Shown: positions 19,378-29,408, numbered from the stretch's first letter. The stretch is 64,000 bases of DNA from Candidatus Xenobia bacterium (GCA_045863235.1 BTUM01000022.1:35148-99147); one strand, 5' to 3'. Notes: a model not told the origin generated them from the sequence alone. Translations and numbers: made by a program.

Positions 19378-20036
19378 ATCCGCTGGTCTGTCAGCCCATC
19401 GGCTTTCTGCGCAGTTGCTACTCGAGCAAGTACCAGGCGCCCAGCCAGCCCGACGGGGGCGAGCAGGGCGTGGTGGAGCTGCGCCAGGACGACCCCCGTC
19501 TGCTGCTCGCGCTGCAAGACCTGGACGGCTTCAGCCGCATCTGGCTGATCTGGTGGTTTCACAAGAACCAGAGCTGGCGCGCCCGGGTGCTGCCCCCGCG
19601 GGGGCGAGGCGGCCGCAAGGGGCTGTTCGCCACCCGCTCGCCCCACCGTCCCTGCCCACTGGGACTGAGTGCCGTCCCCCTGCTCGGCATCGAGGGTCAC
19701 CGCCTCTACCTGGGCGAGCACGACCTGCTCGAAGGCACTCCCATTCTCGACATCAAGCCCTACATCCCGCGCTTTGACGCCTTTCCGGACGAGTCGAGCG
19801 GCTGGTTCGGAAGCTTGGACCTGACTCCCCGCTACCAGGTGCTCGCCTGCCCGGAGCTCGATCCAGAACTCTTCGAGCGGGCTCGGGCCATCCTGGAGGT
19901 GGACCCGATGCCTCACCGCACCCGGCGCATCCTGGCCCTGAAGGATGGTCGCTACCGCCTTAGCTGCGGGGATCACCGGCTCTACTACCGGATCGAGGGG
20001 GAAACCGTGCGCATCCAGGAGGCCCGCCTCCGCTAA
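19374..20036 (+). CDS. tsaA: tRNA (t6A37-N6)-methyltransferase TsaA/TrmO
   Basis: PIGFLRS, APSQP, IWLIWWFH, GLFATRSPHRP, DLLEGTPILDIKPY. Apparent CTG start overlapping the upstream stop. Confidence 0.88.
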   Translation: MNPLVCQPIGFLRSCYSSKYQAPSQPDGGEQGVVELRQDDPRLLLALQDLDGFSRIWLIWWFHKNQSWRARVLPPRGRGGRKGLFATRSPHRPCPLGLSAVPLLGIEGHRLYLGEHDLLEGTPILDIKPYIPRFDAFPDESSGWFGSLDLTPRYQVLACPELDPELFERARAILEVDPMPHRTRRILALKDGRYRLSCGDHRLYYRIEGETVRIQEARLR

Positions 20037-20674
20037 GGCGAAGCCGCCACCGCCACCTCTTTGCCGGCCAGCGGCATGTAGCTGCGCGAGCTGGCGTCGA
20101 AGGCCAGCACCGTTCCGTCCTTGATGCGGTAGACCCAGGCGTGCAGGCGCAGATCGCCCTTCTCCAGCCGCGAGGCCACCGCCGGGTGGGTGCGCAGATT
20201 GTCGAGCTGGCGCAGCACGTTGAGGCCGATGGTCTTGTCCAGCATCTCCTCTTTGGGCAGATCGCCATGGTTTTCGACGACCACGCGTCGCGTCGACTCG
20301 GCCTGGCTCAGCCAGCTGGCCACCGCCGGCAGGCTGGTCACGCTCTCGGGGGAGAGCAGGGCCTTCATGGCGCCGCAGTCGGAGTGCCCCAGCACCACGA
20401 TGTCCTTCACCTTGAGCACGGCCACGGCGTATTCCAGCGTGGCCGCCTCCCCACCGCCCTGACCGTAGGGGGGGATGATGTTGCCCGCGTTGCGCATCAC
20501 GAAGAGCTCGCCAGGCCGGGCCTGCAAAAGCATGTCCGGGCTGATGCGCGAGTCCGAGCAGGTGATCAGCAGGGTGTCCGGGCTCTGGCCCGTGGCCAGG
20601 CGCGAGAACAGCTCGCGCTCGTTCTCGAAGACGCTGTTCTGGAAAGCAACCAGACCGTTGAGAAGCTTCTGCAT
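20033..20674 (-). CDS. beta-class carbonic anhydrase
   Basis: ITCSDSR, GELFVMRNAGN and GHSDCGAM zinc ligands. Confidence 0.95.
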   Translation of the reverse strand: MQKLLNGLVAFQNSVFENERELFSRLATGQSPDTLLITCSDSRISPDMLLQARPGELFVMRNAGNIIPPYGQGGGEAATLEYAVAVLKVKDIVVLGHSDCGAMKALLSPESVTSLPAVASWLSQAESTRRVVVENHGDLPKEEMLDKTIGLNVLRQLDNLRTHPAVASRLEKGDLRLHAWVYRIKDGTVLAFDASSRSYMPLAGKEVAVAASP

Positions 20675-20735
20675 GGTGTCCTGCCTTTAACTGATTGTAT
20701 TCTGGTTCATCCTGACCGCCCCCGATGGCGGGAGC

Positions 20736-20763
20736 GTGACGAAGGGATGAAGGTTTCGTGAAG
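20736..20763 (-). promoter_or_regulatory. putative OmpR-family binding site (three hexamers, 11-bp period) upstream of carbonic anhydrase
   Basis: Minus strand CTTCAC-N5-CTTCAT-N5-CGTCAC; TACAAT -10-like box downstream at 20694-20699. Confidence 0.5.
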
Positions 20764-20772
20764 AACCTGCCA

Positions 20773-20816
20773 GGCCCGGCCGAAAAGGGAGGTCCCATTC
20801 GCTTTTCGACCGGGCC
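20773..20816 (-). terminator. 15-bp stem hairpin after SulP (terminator/stabiliser)
   Basis: Minus strand GGCCCGGTCGAAAAG...CTTTTCGGCCGGGCC with one G-U pair; no clear U-tract. Confidence 0.5.
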
Positions 20817-20860
20817 GGGAGGTCTGAAGAGGTTTCCCGCGCCCTGACGGTGCTATGAAG

Positions 20861-22384
20861 TCAACTGGCCACCTGCAGGACGGGGCGCTTGAGGCGTGCC
20901 CGCGTTTCCAGCTCGGGCCATTCCACCACCAGGTTGCCGCCCAGCGAGCGCTGGCGGTCGTCCCACGAGCGCATCAGCTGGAGGCAGGCGTGGTCGAGGG
21001 TGGTGAGCTGGTCGAGGTAGACGTGCACGGTGGCCCCGTCGGGAATCTGGTCCAGCGCTTCAGCCAGGCGCGGCAGGGTCACGAAGGTGGCCGAGCCGGT
21101 CAAACGCAGCTCATACAGGTTGTGACTGAGCCGATTGAGCTCGGTCTCGAGGTAGCTCGAGCGGGCCAGCAGCTTGATGAGCGAGCAACCCATGCCGATC
21201 AGCACGCCGTGCAACAGGTCGGTGAACACGATGGAGATCAGGGTGATGAAGTAGATGGCCACCTCGCTCTTGCCGAAGCGGGCCAGGGCTTTGATGTTCT
21301 TGGGATTGACCAGCTTGTAGCCGGTGTAGACCAGGATAGCTGCCAGGGCGGCGGTGGGGATCAGGCGCAGCACGCCGGGAAAGACCGCTACCAGGGCCAG
21401 CATCCACACGCCGTGCAGAATGGCCGACCAGCGGGTGCGAGCTCCGGCCAGCACGTTGGCCGAGCTGCGCACGATCACGCCGGTCATGGGCAGCCCGCCC
21501 ACCAGTCCACACAGGGTGTTGCCCACTCCCTGAGCCATCAGCTCGCGGTCGTAGCGGGTTCGAGGGCCACTGTGCATCTGGTCCACCGCGGCCGCGCACA
21601 GCAGCGTCTCGGCGCTGGCGATGAAGGCCAGAGCCAGCGCTTCCAACCAGATCTCTTGACTGGTCAACAGGGTCCAGTGGGGGAAGACGAAGCTCTGGGT
21701 GAGGTTCGCAGGCACCTCCACGGTGCGCACGTCCAGTCCCAGGAGCGCGGCGGCCAGGGTGGCGACCACCACGGCGGCCAGGGGAGCGGGCACCGACCGG
21801 GAGAGGCCCTGGAATCGGTTCCAGACAACCAGAACCGCCAGCGTCAGCAGGCCGAGCATGGCGGCCAGGTGGTGGCTGGTCCCGTCCATGGGGAAGACCC
21901 CCTTGGAGATGGCTTCGGGGATGGAGGCCAGGTTGGCGAGTCCCGAGCCGCGCGGCTTGTCGTCCACCATGACGTGGAACTGGCTGGCGAAGATCAGCAC
22001 TCCGATTCCCCCCAGCATTCCCCCGATCACCGAGGGTGAGACCGCCTGGAACCAGCGGCCCAGCTTCAGCAAGCCAGCCACCAGCTGGATCAGGCCAGCC
22101 AGCAAGACGATGAGAGCCAGGGCTCCGGTCCCGTGGCGATGGACCAGCTCCCACACGATGACGGCGAGGCCAGCAGCCGGTCCGCTGACCTGCAGGGGGG
22201 AGCCGGCCAGGAATCCGACCACCAGTCCTCCGATGATGCCGGTAATCAGGCCGGCGGCCGGCGGGAGGCCGCTGGCGATGGCGATACCCAGACAGAGAGG
22301 CAGCGCCACCAGGAAGACGACCAGCGAGGCCAGATAGTCCTTGGGGTGCGGCCCTCGGGGGGCAGAAGAGCTCGAAAGTTGCAT
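20861..22384 (-). CDS. SulP family anion (probable bicarbonate) transporter
   Basis: ASLVVFLVALPLCLGIAIASG, QVSGPAAGL, RELMAQGVGN, PMTGVIVRSSAN and a STAS-like tail. Confidence 0.93.
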   Translation of the reverse strand: MQLSSSSAPRGPHPKDYLASLVVFLVALPLCLGIAIASGLPPAAGLITGIIGGLVVGFLAGSPLQVSGPAAGLAVIVWELVHRHGTGALALIVLLAGLIQLVAGLLKLGRWFQAVSPSVIGGMLGGIGVLIFASQFHVMVDDKPRGSGLANLASIPEAISKGVFPMDGTSHHLAAMLGLLTLAVLVVWNRFQGLSRSVPAPLAAVVVATLAAALLGLDVRTVEVPANLTQSFVFPHWTLLTSQEIWLEALALAFIASAETLLCAAAVDQMHSGPRTRYDRELMAQGVGNTLCGLVGGLPMTGVIVRSSANVLAGARTRWSAILHGVWMLALVAVFPGVLRLIPTAALAAILVYTGYKLVNPKNIKALARFGKSEVAIYFITLISIVFTDLLHGVLIGMGCSLIKLLARSSYLETELNRLSHNLYELRLTGSATFVTLPRLAEALDQIPDGATVHVYLDQLTTLDHACLQLMRSWDDRQRSLGGNLVVEWPELETRARLKRPVLQVAS

Positions 22385-22456
22385 TGGTTCCGTCCTATAT
22401 ATCTTAATCTGTGCATACATCCTTACATATCGTCATGAAAATGTTCTTCCGGGGAG

Positions 22457-22484
22457 ATGAGAATCCGATGAAGAGCAAGGGAGA
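22457..22484 (-). promoter_or_regulatory. putative OmpR-family binding site upstream of SulP
   Basis: Minus strand TCTCCC-N5-CTTCAT-N5-TCTCAT, 11-bp period, followed by an AT-rich promoter-like tract. Confidence 0.5.
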
Positions 22485-22670
22485 GGTTTGCCGGGGCGGC
22501 CGGAGCGTTGACGGGACGGCGCCGCTCCAGGTTCTGGCGGCCGGGTCGAGGGCCCGCAAGGCCTGCACCCGGCACGCCGGCGCCCCCCTGAAGCGCGCCG
22601 CGCCTTGACTCGAGCTCGGCCGGGCCGGCTCGACAAGGAACCTCCCGGGGGGAGTCAGAACACCTGAGCC

Positions 22671-23372
22671 GTGCCTGAACGTGACCGTGACCTGATCCTG
22701 CTGATCGAAGACGACCCCGCTGTGCTCTCCTCGGTGCGGCGCCGCCTGGCCTTCGAGGGCTACGGAGTGGAAACGGCCAGCGACGGTCTGGCGGGTTGCG
22801 AGCAGTTCGAGGCTTTGCAACCCGATCTGGTCATTCTCGACGTCGGGTTGCCGGGGATGGACGGCCTGCAAGTGGCCGAGTGGATCCGCGAGCGCTCCCA
22901 GGTCCCGATGCTGATGCTGACGGCCCGCGATCGGGTAGAGGACCGGGTGGCCGGGCTGCAGAGCGGGGCCGACGACTACCTGATCAAGCCCTTCGCCATC
23001 GAGGAGCTGCTGGCCCGGATGCGGGCCCTGTTGCGGCGGGCCTCCTGGGCTCCCTCGCAAGACCCCGAGGCGGTGCTCCGTTTCGAGGATCTGGTGCTCA
23101 ACCAGGGGGCCATGACGGTGACTCGCAACGGCCAGCCCATCGCGCTCACGCCCCGAGAGTATCAGCTGCTCGAGCACTTCATGCGCCACCCGCGCCAGGT
23201 GCTCAGCCGCGAGGCTCTTTTCGAAGCGGTGTGGGGATTCGACCACATGGGCGAATCCAACATCGTGGATGTCAATGTCAAGAAGATCCGAGAGAAGACC
23301 GAGGCCGGGGGGGCCAGCCGTCTGATCCAGACAGTGCGAGGCTTCGGTTACGCCCTGCGCGAGCACCCGTGA
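22671..23372 (+). CDS. OmpR/MprA-family response regulator
   Basis: IEDD, DLVILDVGLPGMDG, GADDYLIKPF, LTPREY and IQTVRGFGY. Confidence 0.95.
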   Translation: MPERDRDLILLIEDDPAVLSSVRRRLAFEGYGVETASDGLAGCEQFEALQPDLVILDVGLPGMDGLQVAEWIRERSQVPMLMLTARDRVEDRVAGLQSGADDYLIKPFAIEELLARMRALLRRASWAPSQDPEAVLRFEDLVLNQGAMTVTRNGQPIALTPREYQLLEHFMRHPRQVLSREALFEAVWGFDHMGESNIVDVNVKKIREKTEAGGASRLIQTVRGFGYALREHP

Positions 23373-24712
23373 CCCTGAGGCAGCGCCTCACCCTGGTGCT
23401 GGGACTGGTCTTGACGCTGGCCTTCGCGCTGGTCACCCTGGCCCACTACCGGGCTTTGCGCCAGGCTGTCGAGGCCGAGGTGGACGAGACGCTCGACCTG
23501 CGCGCTCAAGCGCTGGCCCGTGAAATTGGCTCTTTTGAGACGCCCCCGGGAAGTTACGACCCGGAGGTGTTCTTCCAGCTTGTGGACGCTCAGGGTCGGG
23601 TGCGGCTGGCCTCCTCCGGGCTCGAGCTCGAGCCCTTGCCTGCCGAGCCGGTCGGCACACCCTTCACCAGCCAGTTTCGAGGCACCCCGGTGCGGATGCT
23701 GGTGCGTCCCATCACCGTGCACGAAGGGCCAGGCTTCCTGAAGGTCGGCGAGTCGCTGCACCTGGCTCACGAAGGCTTGAAACGCTCGGTCACCGGGCTG
23801 CTCCTGGCCAGTCTGGTCGGGCTGATGCTGGCCCTGGCCTCCACCTGGGCGGTGCTGCGGCAGGGTCTGCGTCCTTTGAAGCGACTGGCCCAGGTGGCCC
23901 GGGAGATCCTGGACACGGGCGACTTCTCGCGCCGCGTGCCGGAGTCGAGCCCCCAGCAAGACGCGGTCGGTTCGGTGGCCCGCCTGCTCAATCGCCTTCT
24001 GGCCCGAGTTCAGGGCCTGCTCGAGAGCCAGCAGCGCCTGCTGGCCGACACCTCGCACGAGCTGCGAAATCCCCTCACGGTGATCCGCACCGACATCGAC
24101 CTTCTGGCCCGAGAGCTCCCGAGCGACGTGCGCCAGGAGGTGGCCGAGGAGATGGCCCGGGAGGTGGAGCGCATGACCCGCCTGGTGGAGGACCTGCTGG
24201 CTCTCAGCTGGGCCGACCAGAAGCTGCCCATGCGATCCGAGCCCGTACGGCTGGACGTGCTGGCTCAGGAGCTGGTGGAGCGCAGCCGGCGAAGCCATCC
24301 CGAGCGCAAGCTGGAGTTTCACAGCACGAGCGCGGTCTGTCTTCAGGGCGACCGTGAGCGCTTGCTGCAAGCTGCCTCCAACCTGGTCGAGAACGCCCTG
24401 CGCTATTCCCGGGGCGCAGTGCGCGTGCGCGTCTACGAGAAGCCTGGCTGGGCAGTCCTGGAGGTGGAGGACGAGGGTCCCGGCATTCCGCCCGAGCAGC
24501 AGGAGGCCATCTTCGAGCGCTTCGTGCGGCTCGACTCGAGTCGCAGTCGGGCCACGGGCGGCACAGGGCTGGGCCTACCCATCGTGAAGGCACTGGTGGA
24601 GGCGCATGGGGGCAAAGTGCAACTCCACAGCAGCCCGGGCAAGGGCTCGCGCTTCAGCTTCCGGGTGCCGCTGGACGGAGTCTCCCCTCCGCGGAAGGAA
24701 AGTCATGCATAA
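23369..24712 (+). CDS. HAMP-domain sensor histidine kinase
   Basis: Two TM helices, SHELRNPL H-box, NLVENALRY, DEGPGI and GGTGLGL; GTGA overlap with the regulator. Confidence 0.93.
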   Translation: MTLRQRLTLVLGLVLTLAFALVTLAHYRALRQAVEAEVDETLDLRAQALAREIGSFETPPGSYDPEVFFQLVDAQGRVRLASSGLELEPLPAEPVGTPFTSQFRGTPVRMLVRPITVHEGPGFLKVGESLHLAHEGLKRSVTGLLLASLVGLMLALASTWAVLRQGLRPLKRLAQVAREILDTGDFSRRVPESSPQQDAVGSVARLLNRLLARVQGLLESQQRLLADTSHELRNPLTVIRTDIDLLARELPSDVRQEVAEEMAREVERMTRLVEDLLALSWADQKLPMRSEPVRLDVLAQELVERSRRSHPERKLEFHSTSAVCLQGDRERLLQAASNLVENALRYSRGAVRVRVYEKPGWAVLEVEDEGPGIPPEQQEAIFERFVRLDSSRSRATGGTGLGLPIVKALVEAHGGKVQLHSSPGKGSRFSFRVPLDGVSPPRKESHA

Positions 24713-24734
24713 GTGCGAAATTAACTACTTATGC
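24707..24734. promoter_or_regulatory. putative ArsR operator (8-12-8 inverted repeat)
   Basis: GCATAAGT-N12-ACTTATGC overlapping the ArsR start codon. Confidence 0.6.
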
Positions 24735-25096
24735 CAGCCAGGAGGGTCGCGGCTCGCGAGCTTGCCAACCTGTTCGGGGTGCTCTCCAACCCCGACCGAA
24801 TCCGTATCGTGGAAGAGCTGCGCCACGGCGAGAAGGATGTGGGCACCCTGCAGGCGCTGGTCGGCATCAGCCGCCCCCGCGTCTCCCAGCACCTGAGCCT
24901 GATGCGTGCCCACCGCCTGGTGGAGGAGCGACGCGACGGGCGCCACGTCTACTACCATCTGTGCGTCGGGCGACTGGCCACGTGGGTGCTGGACGGGCTC
25001 GGTTTCGTGGAGAGCGAGCTGAAGGGCGGGCTGCGCGAGACTCTGGTCGAGGCGGCCCGTCAGTGGCGCGAGGAGGGTTCCGAGCGCCTCACTTGA
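24731..25096 (+). CDS. ArsR/SmtB family transcriptional regulator
   Basis: FGVLSNPDRIRIV, VSQHLSLMR and RRDGRHVYY. Confidence 0.92.
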   Translation: MPARRVAARELANLFGVLSNPDRIRIVEELRHGEKDVGTLQALVGISRPRVSQHLSLMRAHRLVEERRDGRHVYYHLCVGRLATWVLDGLGFVESELKGGLRETLVEAARQWREEGSERLT

Positions 25097-26078
25097 GGAC
25101 CACGATCTCGACCCGCCGGTTCAGCTGCCGTCCGGCCGGATCATCGCGTCCGTCCGCTCGCTGATTCTGAGCCACCGGATGGGTTTCTCCCAGGCCCACC
25201 ACCTGGGCCTGCTCGGAGTCCCATCCCCCTTCGCTCTCCAGCCACTCGCGCACCGCCTCGGCGCGGCGCTTGGACAGCTTCAGGTTGTAGGAGTCGCTGC
25301 CCTTGTCATCGGTGTGGCCTTCGATGCGGATTCTCTTGCCCGGATAGCGCTCGCTCAGTGACTCGGCGATCTGCGCCAGAGCCTGCTCGGCGCTGGGACG
25401 GATCTCTGCGCTGTCGAAGTCGAACAACACGTCCCCCGACACCGCGTAGACCACCTTCTTGGGGCCCTCTTTCACCACCACGCCGGGGACATCGATCTCG
25501 GGCAACTCGATGGCGATCAGATCGGTATCCACCAGCACGGCCGCTCCCTGGACGTCCACATCGACTCCCGGAACGTCGACGTCCACCCCGAGGTTTCCCT
25601 GCCCCAGGTCGACCCGGGCCCCGGGGACGTTCACCCCGATCCCGCCCTCGCCCAGGTTGACGCTGGTGCCGCCGGCATTGATGGACACGCCGCCCGGACC
25701 CGTTCGTACCCGGGCCGAGCCGCCCTGCACCTGCACCCCGTCCTGGTTGACCTGCACCCGGGCGCTATCGGCCCCGTCCCGGGCCCGGACCGAAACTCCG
25801 TCGGAGCCGGTGCGGACGTCGACCCGGTCGCCATCGGCGCCATCCTGGGCCCGGACGGAGACCCCGTCGGAGCCGGTTCGGACGTCGACCCGGTCGCCAT
25901 CGGCGCCATCCCGAGCCTGGACGGAGACCCCGTCGGAGCCGGTTCGGACGTCGACCCGGTCGCCATCGGCGCCATCCTGAGCCTGGACGGAGACCCCGTC
26001 AGAGCCGGTGGAGGCGGGCTGGGAGGCGCATCCTGTCGTCAGCAAGATGAGAGCCAGGAGGGCAGAGAGTGTCTTCAT
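25089..26078 (-). CDS. OmpA-family lipoprotein with N-terminal 22-aa repeats
   Basis: Lipobox-like LTTGC; DVLFDFDSA, IEGHTD, NLKLSKRRAEAV and NRRVEI. Confidence 0.9.
   Translation of the reverse strand: MKTLSALLALILLTTGCASQPASTGSDGVSVQAQDGADGDRVDVRTGSDGVSVQARDGADGDRVDVRTGSDGVSVRAQDGADGDRVDVRTGSDGVSVRARDGADSARVQVNQDGVQVQGGSARVRTGPGGVSINAGGTSVNLGEGGIGVNVPGARVDLGQGNLGVDVDVPGVDVDVQGAAVLVDTDLIAIELPEIDVPGVVVKEGPKKVVYAVSGDVLFDFDSAEIRPSAEQALAQIAESLSERYPGKRIRIEGHTDDKGSDSYNLKLSKRRAEAVREWLESEGGWDSEQAQVVGLGETHPVAQNQRADGRDDPAGRQLNRRVEIVVLK
25770..26010. repeat. 66-bp coding tandem repeat, about 3.6 copies
   Basis: TCGGAGCCGG anchors at 25801, 25867 and 25933, variant at 25999; encodes TGSDGVSV[QR]A[QR]DGADGDRVDVR. 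Confidence 0.92.
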
Positions 26079-26134
26079 CCCGGAGAGTTACTCGCAGAAC
26101 GGGCCCTGTCCTCTTGGGAAAGCTCCCCGCCCCT

Positions 26135-27289
26135 TCACCGGGCGGGAGGGCCGCAAAGCCCCGCCAGGCACTCCTCGAAGTCGCGCTGGAAGCGCTCCAC
26201 CCCCAGCTCGCGCCCGGCCAGCTGAGCCTGTAGCTCTCGCTGCAGCTCCTGGCTGCGCAGCACCCGATCGATCTTCTCCACCGCCTCCCCCTCGTGGGCG
26301 TAGAGCAGGCGCTCATCGCGCAGAATCTCCACCTGGCCCCCGTCAGCCGGAGCAAAGGTGAGGCAGCCGGCCGAGACCAGCTCGGCCACCGCCATCCCGT
26401 AGTGCTCCTCGGTCATGCCGTGCAGGCCGTAGCGATGCTCGGTGGCCAGGGCCACCAGCTCATCGCGGCTCAAGTCCTCAGCCAGCCGCACCCAGGGACC
26501 CTCCTGGCCGATTCTCTCCAGGATGCGCTCGCGGTAGGGGGCGTTGTCACGCGAGCCGGCCAGGGTCAGCTCCACCTCGTGGCCGCGCGCGCGCAGCCCG
26601 GCCACGATGGTGATCAGCTTCTCCCACTCTTTGGTGGGGCACTGGCGACCGATGCTGAGAAAGGCGTTGCGGCGAGGTTGCCAGGGCACCTGCGGGAACT
26701 GGCCCAGGGCCGGGGGGTGCAGCACCCGGTAAGGATGAGGACCGTAGGTGCGCTGGAATAGCCTTCCGGTCCACTGCGAATTGACCAGGGTCAGGTTGCT
26801 CAGCATGCCCTCGCGACGATAGCCCGACATGCGCGTGCAAAGGAAATAATACACGCGCAGCACGGCCCTCAGGGTTCGGCGGCTGTACCAGTCGGGATGA
26901 CAGTCGGGGCGCGGGTGCGAGTTCCAGGGATAGTGCACGTACTGCACCGCCCGACTGCCCAGATCCAGCTCGTTGTTGGCCGAGCAGACCAGGTCGTAGC
27001 CTGGTCCCAGGCGCCGGGCCAGAGCCATCAGGTAGTGCAACTTGAACAGCTCGTGGGGTACGCCCAGCCGCTCCATCCAGTAGGAGACCAGCGGCCGCCG
27101 GCACAGGCTCTTCAGCCCCGCCCCGGCCAGGCTGGTGCCGTAATAGGCGTCCACCGCCCCCAGCTCGAGCGGCACCCAGCTCAGCACCGTGACTTCGGCC
27201 CGCTTGACCAGGCTCTGGATCATCCAGACCGCTACCCCGTTGCCACCCCCCGGTGGTTGCAGGGAGGGCTGCACGAACAGAACCCTCAC
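26135..27289 (-). CDS. GT4-family glycosyltransferase (Alg11-like motif)
   Basis: PPGGGNGV, NSQWT and EEHYGMAVAE (EX7E). Confidence 0.85.
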   Translation of the reverse strand: MRVLFVQPSLQPPGGGNGVAVWMIQSLVKRAEVTVLSWVPLELGAVDAYYGTSLAGAGLKSLCRRPLVSYWMERLGVPHELFKLHYLMALARRLGPGYDLVCSANNELDLGSRAVQYVHYPWNSHPRPDCHPDWYSRRTLRAVLRVYYFLCTRMSGYRREGMLSNLTLVNSQWTGRLFQRTYGPHPYRVLHPPALGQFPQVPWQPRRNAFLSIGRQCPTKEWEKLITIVAGLRARGHEVELTLAGSRDNAPYRERILERIGQEGPWVRLAEDLSRDELVALATEHRYGLHGMTEEHYGMAVAELVSAGCLTFAPADGGQVEILRDERLLYAHEGEAVEKIDRVLRSQELQRELQAQLAGRELGVERFQRDFEECLAGLCGPPAR

Positions 27290-27411
27290 AGTTCCCCGAC
27301 CAGCTTCCCTCTTGACACGGGCGCCGAGCAGAGCCTCACCAGCAGCACGCTTTTGCGCATGGCGAGGAGTTCTGATTCGCGCTGCAGGTTCCTACGCCAG
27401 GAGCGCTTGCA

Positions 27412-28371
27412 TCACTCTGCTGGAGAATCCAGCCTCGAGCTGGCCGCCCGCACCAGGATGCCCGCCCCGTAGCAGAGCGGGATCAGCGCCGAGGTGATGG
27501 GCGCTACCAGCAGCGCGCGAAGATCCCGCAGCCGCCAGGCGGCCATCACTCCGTCCGCCAGGAGTGCCGGCGCCCCCAGCAGCAAGAACCGGGGCGCGCT
27601 CACGGCCATCAGGCCGAGCCCCGCGCACAGCGCGGCCGGGGCCAGGTGGGGCCACTCGAACGAATCCGGCCAGCAACGCCAGATGTCCACCCGTCGCACC
27701 CCGTAGGCAAAGATCTTGCGCGCGTGGGTCAGTACCGAGGTGGCCCGGTGGTGCCACACCGGCGCTTCGGGAAGATACAGCATGCGGGCCCCCGCCCGGG
27801 CCACCCGAAACAGCCACTCCTTGTCCTCGCCGGCGTCGTGGAAGCGCTCGTCGAACCCGCCCACCCGCTGGTAGAAGGTCCGCGCCAGGGCCATGTTGCC
27901 CGTGCCCGGCAGGTAGCGCACCAGTCGAGTCGAGCCCCAGCGCAGGCCTCCGGTGGCCAGGGGCGAGTCCACCGACCAGCCCACGCAACGGCTGACCAGC
28001 GGGTCGTCGGCCGGCACCAGGTCGGGCCCGCCCACGCAGTCGGCTTGCCCGGCCTCCAGCGGGGCAAGCAAGCGCTCCAGCCAGTCCGGCTCGGCCCAGG
28101 AGTCGGCATCGATGAAGGCCAGCCATTCCCCCCGGGAATGGGCCAGGGCCGTGTTGCGGGCGGCTGCCGCCCCGCCCCGGCGCGGCCGCGAAAGCACCGC
28201 GAAGCGCGGGTCCCCCGCCACCGCGTGGCGGGCCGCCTCCAGCGTGCCGTCGGGCGAGCCGTCGTCCACCACGATCACCTCGAAGTCGCTTCGGCTCTGG
28301 GCCGCCAGCGACCTGAGGCAGCGGCCGACCAGTTGCTGGCTGCGGTAAGCGGGTACGATGATCGAGATCAC
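27412..28371 (-). CDS. GT2-family glycosyltransferase
   Basis: ISIIVPAY, VVDDGSPD, AAARN, FIDAD and GGFDERF...ED. Confidence 0.92.
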   Translation of the reverse strand: MISIIVPAYRSQQLVGRCLRSLAAQSRSDFEVIVVDDGSPDGTLEAARHAVAGDPRFAVLSRPRRGGAAAARNTALAHSRGEWLAFIDADSWAEPDWLERLLAPLEAGQADCVGGPDLVPADDPLVSRCVGWSVDSPLATGGLRWGSTRLVRYLPGTGNMALARTFYQRVGGFDERFHDAGEDKEWLFRVARAGARMLYLPEAPVWHHRATSVLTHARKIFAYGVRRVDIWRCWPDSFEWPHLAPAALCAGLGLMAVSAPRFLLLGAPALLADGVMAAWRLRDLRALLVAPITSALIPLCYGAGILVRAASSRLDSPAE

Positions 28372-29408
28372 AGCGCCTCCACGATGCGTTCCCAGCGGTA
28401 GCGCTCGGGCAGCTCCGGCGGCGAAGCCCCCGGAGCCGTTCGCACGGCCTCAGCAAAGGCATCCCAATCGTCTTCCACGCGCACTCCTGAGACTTCCAGC
28501 CCGGCCACGCCCAGCGAGGTCGAGACCACCGGCCTCCCGGCCGCCAGGGCCTCCAGTACCTTCAGGCGGGTACCGCTGCCGGTCCGCAGGGGCACGATCA
28601 CCACGTCGCACGCCGCCAGGAGGACCGAGAGGTCGTCCACGAAGCCCAGCAGCCGCACGTTGGCACGCTCCTGAAACTGCTCGCAGCCCACCCCGGCCAC
28701 CAGGAACTCAAAGTCAGGCAGGCGCGGAGCCAGTTCGCTCAATACCAGCTCCACCGCTTCGCGGTTGGCGGCGTAACGCAGTACGCCGAAGAAGAGAGCC
28801 ACCGGTCGCTCCCTGGGCAGCCCCAGCCGCTGGCGAGCTCGAGAGCGGTCACCCTGTGAGCCTGGCTCGGCTCCGTTGGGAACCAGCCGCAGCCGCTTGA
28901 GCCCGAAACTGGCCGAAAGGTCGGCCAGATCGTCGGCTGAGACCCCCCACACCTCGTCCGCCTGGCGGCAGAGGAAGCCCTCCCAGCCCCGCAGCCAGGG
29001 GGTGAGACGAAACTCGACATTGTGCTCGTCGAGCACCAGGGGCCGACCGGACAGGTGCTTGAGCAGCACCCCGTGCAGCCCGGCGATCCAGGTCGAGGCC
29101 AGGATCAGCTCGATCCGGTGGCGACGGATGGCCCGAGCCAGTCGCAGCACCAGCAGCGGGTCAAAGAGCTGCCGCCAGCGGGTGGGCGAGGCCGCCAGGT
29201 GGCCGGCCAGGCCCTCGGGCGGCGGGCCCTGCAAAGGGCCGCGGGTGACCCACCACACCTGGTTGCGTCGACAGAGCTCGCGCACCAGGTGGTGGATGCG
29301 CACCACGGCGCCTCCGTAGAGGGGCCGGTCGGCGTAAGGCGAGAGAAACAGGAGGCGACGCCCGCGCAGGGGTGCTACAGTCCGGCGCATTGACTGTGCG
29401 TCCTGCAA
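28368..29408 (-). CDS. GT4-family glycosyltransferase
   Basis: DEHNVE, VPNG and GSGTRLKVLEALAAGRPVVST. Start uncertain. Confidence 0.88.
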   Translation of the reverse strand: MQDAQSMRRTVAPLRGRRLLFLSPYADRPLYGGAVVRIHHLVRELCRRNQVWWVTRGPLQGPPPEGLAGHLAASPTRWRQLFDPLLVLRLARAIRRHRIELILASTWIAGLHGVLLKHLSGRPLVLDEHNVEFRLTPWLRGWEGFLCRQADEVWGVSADDLADLSASFGLKRLRLVPNGAEPGSQGDRSRARQRLGLPRERPVALFFGVLRYAANREAVELVLSELAPRLPDFEFLVAGVGCEQFQERANVRLLGFVDDLSVLLAACDVVIVPLRTGSGTRLKVLEALAAGRPVVSTSLGVAGLEVSGVRVEDDWDAFAEAVRTAPGASPPELPERYRWERIVEAL

